Position numbers and translations under genes: made by a program. 37,240 nucleotides of DNA from Perkinsela sp. CCAP 1560/9 (lineage: Eukaryota > Protista > Euglenozoa: Kinetoplastea): positions 1 to 37,240 of the forward strand of contig CBFFSA010000066.1 in the NCBI GenBank assembly GCA_965644495.1. Reading direction: 5' to 3'. This document shows, piece by piece, positions 1 to 9,438 of the stretch (the stretch's first letter is position 1; each line of letters starts with the position of its first letter). Below the pieces are notes generated by a model that saw only the letters and a list, made by a program, of their open reading frames with translations, ran no database searches and was not told where the DNA came from.

Positions 1-652
1 GTACGAGAATGAGGACGAGAAGGAGGACGAGAAGGAGAACGAGAAGGAGAACGAGAAGGAGAACGAGAAGGGGGAGAACGAGGAGAACGAGAGGAAGGGG
101 GAGAATGAGGAGAACGAGAGGAAGGGGAAGAACGAGGAGAACGGGGGGAGAGAGAGGCAGCTGCTCGAGAAGAAGAAGACTTGATCCGAGATAAGAGAGA
201 ACGAGAAGGAGTGGAAAGAGGAGGAGAGGAAGAGGGAGAGGGAGAGAGAAATTTAGACTTAGAGGGAGAAGAAGAAGATCGAAGAGGGAGAGAATGTAAA
301 TGGGAATGATTTGATTTCTTTCCTCCTGGCAGAATTATTGAAGGAGAAGAAGAAGAAGAAGAAGAAGAAGAAGAAGAGGAAGAGGGAGAGGGAGAGGGAG
401 AGAAAGAAGAGGGGGAACGAAGAGAAGGCGGAGAACGGGGAGAACGGGGAGAGAGAGAGGAGGGAGGGAGAGAAGGAGAGGGGGATCGAGCGGGAGAGGG
501 GCATGGGGAAAGAGAAGGAGAGGGAGAAAAGAAAGGAGAGGGGGAAAGAGAAGGGGGGGGGAAACGAGAGGGAGAGGGAGGGGGGGAGGAATGAGAAGGA
601 AACCGAGAACGAGAAGGAGAATGAGCAGGAGAATGAGAAACTGAAGAACTAA
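1..652 (+). repeat. Purine-rich (GA) low-complexity tract; may be the tail of an E/K/R-rich gene entering from the left
   Basis: Degenerate GAGAAC/GAAGGA/GAGAGG units; ORFs are only E/K/R/G runs with no recognisable domain. Confidence 0.5.
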
Positions 653-1576
653 AAGTTCCTGATCCTCTTTCTTCTCTCTCTCTTTCTTTTCTTTCTCTTT
701 CTCTTCCCTCTTCCAACATGATTTTGAGAGAAGTAGAAGAGACAGAGTTTCTTAACCCGAAAGGGGAATATAAAGAATCTCCAAGAGAGAGAGAAGAAAA
801 GGTTCGAGAGTTTCCAATTCGATCAAATTTGGGGAGAACCCATTCTTGTTTTTCTTGATTTTCTGAGAAAAGAAAAGAAGAAAAGAAAAGAAGAAAAGAA
901 GAAGAAAATAAATAATAAATAAATAAATAAAACAAAAAAAAAATGAATCAAAAGAAAGAATAAATAATAAATTATTTATTATTAATAAATAATGATAATA
1001 AAACAAAAGAAACAATAAAAACAAAAATAAAAACAAAAATAAAAAATAAAAATAAAATAAAAATAAAATAAAATAAAACCTTGTAATTCATCCTTTTCTT
1101 TTTCTCTTTTCCTCTCTCTCTGTTGGCCAATTGTAGTTCTTCTTCTCTTTGGCCCTCCTTTTCGTATCGATAACCATCTCTCTGCCATCTCTCTTCTCTC
1201 TCTTCTCTCTCTTCTCTCTCTTCTCTTTTTTTTCTCTCTCTCTTTCTCTTTCTCCTCTCTCTCTCTTTCTCTCTCTCTCTCTCTTGTTCTCTTCTCTTTT
1301 TCTTTTTTCCCTTTCTCTCTCTCTTTCTCTTTTCTTTCTCTCTCTTCTCTTTCTTTTTCGGTTGCCGGTCCAAATTTTGTGTGTTCTTTTTTAGAGCTCT
1401 AAATTCTTTTGTTGTTTCGTCTTTGTTTTCGGTGTCGTTTTGTTTTTTGTTTTTTGTCAAAAGAAAAAAAAAAAGGAAAGAAGTTTTTTGTGAAACAAAA
1501 AAAAATTGATTTCAAAAGTTGATTATTTTTTTCAAACTTTTGACGAAAAAAATTGTCTTTTCTTTTGATTGATTGA

Positions 1577-1801
1577 ATGATCGTTTTCATTAAAACACTG
1601 ACCGGAAGAACTATCTCTCTCGATGTTGAAAGTTCTGACTCCATTGAAAATGTGAAGGCAAAGTATGATGAGAAGGGGGGGATTCCTTCTTCTCAACAAC
1701 GCCTTGTTTACAAAGGAAGAATGTTGGAAGATGGCCGTACTTTGTCTGATTATAACATTTGCAAGGAGGAGATGCAATGCACATGCTTCTTCGTCTGGTA
1801 G
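1577..1801 (+). pseudogene. Divergent ubiquitin-like gene with an apparent frameshift near the 3' end
   Basis: [29 protein letters not shown]...[25 protein letters not shown] follows ubiquitin closely. The expected tail (AMHMLLRL, cf. STLHLVLRL) is in another frame from ~1770 and is followed by a GTAG donor-like site at 1798. No in-frame terminal GG could be reconstructed. Confidence 0.75.
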
Positions 1802-2679
1802 ATTCTTTCTTTCTTTCTTTCTTTTCTTTCTTTTTTTTTTGGGGGGGGGAGGGGTGGTGAACCAATATTCTATTGGTGGGTTCTCTCTTTCCTTTTCAGG
1901 TAGTGGGTTTTTTTTGACATTTTCATGTCGTTGGCTGATAGGCTTTTAGGTATTAAAAACCGCCCATATTTTTTAAAACTGACTTGATGGATATCCGGGA
2001 TATTCACAGAAATCCTTCCCGTCAGGGAAATAAAAAAAAGGAAGTTTCTGTTTTTTTTTTTGCTTTTTCTTTCGACAAAAAAGAAAGAAAAGAAAAAAAA
2101 AGAAAAAGAAAAAGAGAGAGTTGTGTTCACTTTTTGGTTTGTTGGTGCACCATGTCGAACCCTGGTCCAACAAGTGGCAAATCTCCCCTCTTTGGAGGCA
2201 CAGCAGGAAACTCATCCGGTACTGGAACACTTTTTACTTCTTCTGATTCTGTCTTTTCAAAAGATGGGAAATCCTCCTTTTTTTAATTTCTTTCTTTTTT
2301 TTGCTTTCTTCCTTTTCTTCCTTTTTCTTGCTTTCTTCCTTTTCTTCCTTCACCTGATGTTGAAAAAACTTTTTGCCACCTTCTTTCTTGTTTCCCTGAT
2401 GATTACTTGGATCAATTCAATCAGATATTTCAGAATTGGGCTTCCCAGAAAGATCATATTCTTGAGAAAGGAGTTGCTTCTTCCTCTTCTTCTTCCCCTT
2501 CTTCTTCCTCTTCTTCTTCCTCTTCTTCTTCCTCTTCTTCTTCCTCTTCTTCTTCCTCTCTTCCTTTCAATTTTGCAGAGGAAGAATCATCCACAAGTTT
2601 ATTCTCTGTCTGCCGAGAAGAAATTGATCCAGAATTTCCCCGACCACGTTCAGTTGATCTTGTTCTTTCTGGAAATGTG

Positions 2680-2880
2680 TTACGTATTTCTTTTGGCTAT
2701 TCTGTTGAGAAGAAGCGATTTTCTCTTCTTTTCTCTGTTCGTGGGCGAATTCGATCAAGAATCCATTCTGCATGTGGATTTTTCAATGAAGAGAATGGAA
2801 CCATTGAACAGGGTCAATGCACATGTGAAGTGGGCCAAGGAAGTCAGTGTTCCCACATCGAAGCAGGTTTTATGGTTTTG
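2680..2880 (+). other. SWIM-type zinc finger domain (CxC...CxH) in frame with the Fanzor A reading frame
   Basis: IEQGQCTCEVGQGSQCSHIEAGFMVL (core 2818-2856), preceded by beta-strand-like FSLLFSVRGRIRSRIHSACGFFNEENG. Confidence 0.75.
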
Positions 2881-4796
2881 GCAGGAATCAAGGCTGGTCT
2901 TCTCCCTTCAATTTGGAGTAACTCTCGTTCTGGCTTCTCTCTCCCCAAAAATACTGAAGTGATTCCGTACCTCCAATCAACAGTTGCCTCCATTGCTCGA
3001 TTGGGTAAAAGACGGTTTTTGACGTGTAACGACACCCTCGTAAAAAAACAATTTGCAAAAAAGGTTTATGGGAACATGATAAAGAACCCCTGAAAGGATT
3101 TGTGAACGAAAATCTCCACTTCAGGTCATTCTCTTTTTTTTAAAAAAAGAAACACAACCACCCTTCCCCCCTCCTTCCTTCCCCCTCCTTCCTTCCCCCT
3201 CCTTCCCCCCTTCCTCCCTTTCCTAATAAAAAATTCAAATTTTGCTTTGAAGTTGAAAATTTTTATTCACTAAAAACAAACAGTAAAATCTCTTCTGCTC
3301 AACCAAAACAATCTGGAGAGAGAAAGGAGTGGGACAAGGGTCTTCAAGCAATGTGCTACGAAAAAGAACAGGAAGAAAAAAAAAGAGATTGGAAGGAGAG
3401 AGACAGATTCACTCATGTTGGGGTCGATCCAGGGAGAAGATGTGTAATTTCAGCTGTGATTTATCCAGTGCGAAATGGGGAAAATCTCCCAGATCTGTCA
3501 CGCAAAACAAGTTCTCCACGACTTCGTGATGCGTCCTCTTCTGGAGGGGAGGAGGGGAGAAAATTGGTCTCGAAGAACAATCATCAACGGTTTTTTTTTC
3601 TCTCAATTTTCTCTTCCTCTTCTTTCTGTTCTTTTTCTCTTTTTTTCTATCCTTATTTTTCTATTTTTTTTCTTTCAAAGTCACCTCTTACTATGTTCTT
3701 TTTTTCTCTCTCTCTCCCCCTTTCCCTCACACACACTTTTCTCATTTCTCATTTCTCATATCTCTCTCTTCTCTTGTACAGGATAAAAATTTTGCACTCT
3801 TATGGAAAGAGCGGAGACTGTCCCTCTTGGAAAGGGGGTTGTTTGGAGAACAAGATGATGATGTGGCAGCAAAAGTTGTTTGCCACATTGATCTCAAAGG
3901 GAGCGAGAGAGAGTTTGTGGTTGCGATGAACCCAGGCAAGAAGGGAGGAGAACCGGAGGAGACGAGCACCACCGTTGGAGAAAAGGCATTGTCTTCTCGC
4001 ACCAGTCCGGAGCAATATGGAACAGACGGACCAAAGATGATGTTCGAATATTGAAAGGAATATCGCTGTTGGAGAAAGCAGCAGTGGGAAGAAGAGGGGA
4101 AGAAAAAGTGGTCAAAACAAGAGAGAAGAGATCGGAAAAAGAAGGTTCAAGAGGACCATTTCTTTGAAACCTATGTTTTGACGAAAGGTCGATACCGTTC
4201 TCTCCTTAAGTTGGATGTGAAGAAGAAGGGAGAGCTGTCATGGAAGCGAAAGAGAAAAAAGAAACAGAGTCAAGGAAGTGATCAGAAGAAGAGATTGAGT
4301 CGAAATTTTTCGCAAAGAAGAAGAAGGAAAAGAAGAAGGAAAAGAAGAAGAAGAAGGCGATGAAGAAAATCCAAAAAAGGGACAGAAGAAACTCAACACC
4401 GATGGATGGGGAGCCGAGTTTGTGGCTTGCAAAGAAGAGAAGGAACTCAACACCTCGAACTGGGAGTCACTCCTTCGGAAAAAACGATTTTCGAAGAAAC
4501 AAAAAATGCATTCTACGATTGCGAAGGAGATCCGAACAAAAGCACATCACGTTTGGAATCAAGTGAAGAAGAAGGCAATGGAACAGACTACTTCTCTTCC
4601 TCCAGCTGATATGGATGAGTTTCCACCAATCTGTGTGATTTGGGGAGATGGGACGTTCTCTGCAACCAGCAGATCAGGTCCGATTGCCAATGACGGCTTG
4701 AAAGATGACCTTGCTCCATTCTTTGATGAATGTGTTTGGGGGATTGAAACATCATTGAGGTGGAGCTCCACTATCGCAGTCATCACGATATTAAAA

Positions 4797-4828
4797 TCGC
4801 CCTTTGAGGGATATCCCTCAAAGGGCGA
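4797..4828. repeat. Perfect 32-bp palindrome (templated inverted insertion)
   Basis: TCGCCCTTTGAGGGAT/ATCCCTCAAAGGGCGA; the left arm is absent from the aligned position in copy B. Confidence 0.9.
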
Positions 4829-4872
4829 AACGGAATTTTAAGTCTAACTCCAAGGAATCTTCCCTTGCTGCT

Positions 4873-5048
4873 GTTGTGGCCCGGCACTGATATTGCCTGG
4901 ACTCTTCCGATTTATTTCGTGTTAAACGGTTTGTTCTCTTTCCTCTTTGTTTTTTTTGGGAAGTTCTCGCAAGTTCAAATCAAATTTTGATTACGTGGCA
5001 TTGGGCATTGTTTTATTGGATACTAATCTTTTGCAATTTTGTTCGTTT
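4873..5048 (+). ncRNA. Putative omegaRNA scaffold / element right end of Fanzor A
   Basis: Strong nucleotide similarity to the reverse complement of 9271-9438 continues well past the stop codon (GTTGTGGCCCGGCAC...CAAATTTTGATTACGTGGCATTG...TTTTATTGGATACTAATCT.TTGCAATTT...TCGTTT) and then ends abruptly. This matches where Fanzor/TnpB omegaRNAs are known to lie. Confidence 0.7.
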
Positions 5049-5135
5049 AATACACTTCATAGCAATGCAAACTACCAGATTTTTTTTTTCATAAACTGCT
5101 TTCACTCGATCTCGGAGAGAAACTATCGAAACTCC

Positions 5136-6702
5136 TCAAACCGTAACTTTCGAAAGACCAAGTGCCCGACAATAATCACTGCAAACGTGTTTCTTAAAAA
5201 ACCTTTTGAACCCATTCTCCCCCAAATTGGTTCCCCCAAAGCCAAACCCAGTATCGGTATGAAAAGCCGGGTCAGTAAGTATGAACTGATTCCTTGCAGA
5301 AGAGAAGCACCCCTGAATATCAACCATCATCATCCTCCCCTTGAACAACTCATAAGAGAAATGGGACAGAGCATGAGCTGCAGGAAAATTGGGGTCCTGA
5401 AAGTCTCCATTGTTGCTGTACTTGGTGAATTCAAATTCATCTGGCAAGAGTGGCTCCAAGCACCAGAACTGTCGCGCCGGCTTTCCTCCCTGGATTTCCT
5501 CTTGTGAGCTAAAATAAAAAGAGTATTTTTTTTGAAATTGTGATGTTGTTTTTGTTATTGTGGAGGGATAGATATGGTGAGTTCATTCTTACCTCTGTGA
5601 GAGTGGCAGGACGATTTTCCCACTCGACCAGATCACAAGGTAACATCTCAAACCGGGGCATAGTTTTCATTTTGTGTTTCATTTTGTTGAATTTCGCCAC
5701 CACAAAGATCCCAATGAAGTGAACAGCAACTGACCCCTTCAAGTCACTCAACTCTTCTTCCAGCTCATGATAGATGTCTATCATGTGCTTTATTACGTGG
5801 GGTTTGTGCTTGAGCTGGGCATAGTAAGCGTACCGAAACGTTCCTTTATCAAATGGACGTGGCTTGAGTGTCCCACTCAGAACAACCGCTTCTTCAGTGA
5901 ACTCCAAAAAATCAATCGATTCGAAAGAAGAGGCAGAGATGTGAGAAAGTAGGTCAGAAGTCGTTTTGACTTTGTATTTCTTCAACTTTAATACAACTGG
6001 AAATGCGACGCTCCAGTCCACAATCGTTCTGTCCAAATCAATATTTTCTTCGTCCGCCTTCCGAATTTCTAATTGTTCAATTAGCCTTCTCAATTTCTCC
6101 ATTCGAGCAAGTTGACTCAACTCCTTTTTGTCAAGGCTTGATTGTCTCGCCGCTTCGCCCAGCTCCCTCCTCGCCCTCAACTTCTCTCTCTCGAGCTGAA
6201 GCTGCTGCATCTGCTGGTCTAATTCTTGCAATTTTCTCTGTTTGCGTACTTGGCGACAGCATTCTCGAAGCTGTTTCTTCTTCTCCGCGATTTCGAGGAG
6301 GTTTTCGAGTTCTTTTTTTGCTTCCTCAACTTGGAGGCTTCTCTTTCGTCTCTCAATTTCCTCGCGCAACTGCGACTCCATTTCGACTTCGATTTCGCCC
6401 TGTATGGCTTCCATTTGTTGTCGTCTTTTCTCAGTCTCGAAAATCTGCCTGAGCCTCATCTTTTCGACCTCCAGACGCATGTTCAGTGCTTCCTCTTCTC
6501 TTTTCCTTCTTCTCTCATCTCGTTCCAATTTCTCTTTCTCTGCCTTTTCAGCTTTGATTCTTTGGACTTGGAGTTTCAATTCTTCAATTTCTCGATGCCG
6601 TTTTTGTTTTATTCTGGCTTTCTCTTCGTCCAGTTCTTTTTGTAAGGAGTCAATCTCCCTTCTTCTGCGGCGCTGAGCCTCTGTCAGCCCGTCATCCGCC
6701 AT
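5136..6702 (-). CDS. Alpha-kinase (MHCK/eEF2K family) with an N-terminal coiled coil; one intron 5490-5592
   Basis: PFDKGTFRYAY, VIK, spliced TE|GGKPARQFWCLEP, FTKYSNN, HALSHFSYE, VDIQG, LTDPAFHTD, FGGTNLG..GF..FF..H.C...C. Intron position matches the paralog at 24677-28187. Confidence 0.92.
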
Positions 6703-6945
6703 CGGGCTGACAAAAAAGCGAAACTGAAGTTCCCGTCTTCCCGTGGTATGGACTTCAATTGCGAAAATTGAGAGAGGGTCCGGAATTTGTTTGACCAAAT
6801 TTGGTTTCTTACGTCTTTATTTGAAATAAAATTTCGTGAAAAACCGAAAACTTTCATTATGCTTTAAAAAATTATTATGCTTTCATTTTTTTTATTTCAA
6901 ATTGTTACAATTGAATAAATTCCTCTCAATCTCTTCACAACCCAT

Positions 6946-8859
6946 TCAATCACCTCCCTTCTCAAGTCTGTCAAGTTTCTCCTGGATTTCTTTTATCTTC
7001 TTTTCTCGTGCCATCTTTTCTTGCAACGCATCGATATCTCTCTGAATGTCTTCTTCTTTTCGTGGTGGGGTCGCGCTGACAAAAGTTTGTTGTGAGGCTC
7101 TAGGCGACACGCGTCCTCGAGAGGGCGACACATGCTCTCGAGAGCTGAGAGATGTGAATTTCAATGGAATACTTGGACCAGCAGGAGTCTTAGAGCCTTT
7201 CAATTCAATGGACAGTGATCTTCTCATTTTGTTCTTCTGTTCTAATTTTAATTTGAGAACGTCAATGCCCATTGTAAGCAGGTCCATTGTCCTGCCCATG
7301 TTGTACACAATCTCTCCGCTGTCGATACGTTTCTTGAGCGGACCCAAAAACGAGATATAGATCTCGAACAGCCATGAGGCGCTGTCGAATAAAAAACGAG
7401 GAAGTGGACTACTGTCTGAAGAGGCGAGAAGATAAGGTTTGATTGCATCACACATCTTCACGAAGGTGTGGAAGTGAGATTTGAAGTTGAACTCTCCCGA
7501 AGGAACAGTGTATGTTGCAACTTTCTTTAGGAAGTGGCAGAAAAAGACGAAAGAGATACCAAAAGGAGTTAGTCCCTCCACTTGCTCCAGATCCGATCCA
7601 GGGGATTCCAAGTAATTGATAAAACATTTGGCCTGCTCTTCCAATAACGAAAATAATCCTGGGAAGTACCGACCAGACAATTTTTGAATGAAACAAATCG
7701 GTAAATTTGTTTCAAAGACGAGGTGCAGTAACTCGATTACGTGTGCCAGGTATTGTTCACGGTACTTCACTTCCGGTTGTAGGTACTTCACTTTCGGTTT
7801 TGATTTGTTGATAATCTCATACAAATAATCCCTTTCTATCATCGCTATCACAAACCTTTGTGCAGGTGATTTCTCCTGAGATGTTTTTGTAGTCTCAAGC
7901 CGTAAAAGAGAGAAACAAAGATCGAGAAACCGATGCTTGTTCTTCCACTCTATCTCCCTCACCTTACTTTTGTGAACAAAACAATCTTCGATATGGCGCC
8001 AGAATGTGTCTTCATGTCGCGGAATAACCAGTCTCACCAATGACGACTTGGCCTCAGTCAAAGAGATGATCAACTGCAGCCTGTCAATCAATTGCATACG
8101 ATTCTCAGAGTCAAAGTTGAACGATTGTGTCATGCCCCCAGCAGTGAGGCGTTGGAACAAAAAATCAAAGAGTGTTTGGAAGATGAAGCCAGTTTTGGTG
8201 TCTGCTTGGATCAGTGCATCCACCAGCTCAATCCCTTCCTGGTCTCCAACCACAAATGCACCTGGGAGGTAGTGTTTGTTGTCGTCGTGAACAATAAGCG
8301 CAATGAACCTGTTTTTTTTTTGATGGATGAGAAAAAAAGAAATTTGTAAAAAAAAAAATAGCAAAGAATTCTTTTTAAAAAGGAGAGAAACTGATCGGGG
8401 ACATGTCGAGCCATGAACAACATCATAAGTCTCATTACCATAAAAAAATCATTTACTTTCGAAAAAGAAGAGATTTGGATCACATTACTCAAAGTTGCAT
8501 GGTCACTCACCAACTTGGCCACTTTTGGATGCCACTTGCCACACTGCAACAACTCTGTCATCAATCGGACCTGGAGAAAACTCTGCTCATTTCTCTCGCA
8601 TGGGCGTCCAAGATCCATCTGTTTGCGAATAACATATTCAAGAAGATCTTGCCAAGTACGATCATCTTTCACTTTCTGGTGGAGTTTCTCCATTTCCCCT
8701 GAAAGATGGGTCCCATCTTTGTAAGCCTGTTCTTGTGTGAGGGAAACATAGGTGGTCTGACCAGCTAGATGAAGAAAACCAAAAAGAAAGAAAAACCTGA
8801 ATGATTTTGGAGCGCTCATCACGGATATCCTGTTCACTGACAGGATCCAGATCGTCCAT
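6946..8859 (-). CDS. Uncharacterised alpha-helical protein (family X, copy 1) with a C-terminal short coiled coil; about two short introns
   Basis: Long ORFs joined across GT..AG introns near 8757-8796 and ~8310-8370. Motif-level homology to 19397-21266 (QAYKDGTHLS/QGFQKGEHLS, VHDDNKHYLP/VHDQNQTLIP, RYFPGLFSLL/RYFPSLISIL). Confidence 0.75.
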
Positions 8860-9270
8860 GTCCCTGCGTTTGGGTTGCTTCGAGAGCAAGGGCACACAGA
8901 TGAAACAGAGGATGATTTTCCAAAAAAAAAAAAAAAAAATTCGTGGAGGCTACATTTAGGGCCCTTTTTAAAAAGAAATTTCATTTAAAACGCAAGGAAA
9001 TAATTTCTTTTTTTTTCGATCGAGGCGAATCGATCAACTTTCTCAAGAAAAGGGGTGAAGTCTTTGAAAAGAGACAGGTCAAATGAAGAAAAAAAGAAAC
9101 TCGTTCGGTCTTATAGCTCGAGCTTCTTCCAGTGCAATCTCTCCTTTTCTCTGAAACTTGGGGAGACATGATTAATGATTTTTCATCTGAGTTGAATTGG
9201 AAGATTCATCCAGACATGCTCTTCAATGTTGATGAAACTCTCCTCCGAATTGCGAAAAATGGTCAACTGG

Positions 9271-9438
9271 AAACGAGCTAAATTGCAACAGATTAGTATC
9301 CAATAAAACAATGCCACGTAATCAAAATTTGGTTTGAACTTGTGGAACTTTCGGAAAGAGGAAAAGAGGAAAGAACAAACATGTTTAACACGAACTAGGT
9401 CGGAAGGTCCCAGAGCAATCTTGGTGCCGGGCCACAAC
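9271..9438 (-). ncRNA. Putative omegaRNA scaffold / element right end of Fanzor B (overlaps the ORF end)
   Basis: Shared with 4873-5048; conservation ends at CTCGTTT (9271), after which the flank CCAGTTGACCATTTTTCG is unique to this copy. Confidence 0.7.

Larger units (their letters stand above)
2152..4890 (+). pseudogene. Fanzor1-like (eukaryotic TnpB) nuclease copy A, decayed, with an N-terminal SWIM zinc finger
   Basis: RuvC-I VGVDPGRR (Asp 3426-3428); VIWGDGTFSATSRSGPIANDGLKDDL; RuvC-II region VWGIE (~4735-4748). Colinear with copy B and shares two intron positions with it (3125-3283, 3590-3781). Lesions: frameshifts at ~3070, ~3350, ~3550 and ~4300; TGA at 4052-4054 where B has Trp; deletion of the STDG segment and of the Zn finger/RuvC-III. 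Confidence 0.88.

Noticed and set aside
752-1460. Possible small spliced K/E/R-rich gene on the minus strand
   Set aside because: Mostly low complexity with no clear start or domain; not enough support to annotate.
1995-2040. Minus-strand FISLTGRISVNI resembling the ubiquitin N-terminus
   Set aside because: The similarity is very short and does not extend further.
1900-2150. Terminal inverted repeats or shared left ends for Fanzors A and B
   Set aside because: No convincing AAACGA-type TIR or extended similarity between the upstream regions could be seen, so element boundaries and TSDs are not called.
5994-6003. 10-nt match to the Fanzor B end/guide junction within alpha-kinase 1
   Set aside because: Only 7 nt fall in the guide part, so it is not distinguishable from chance.
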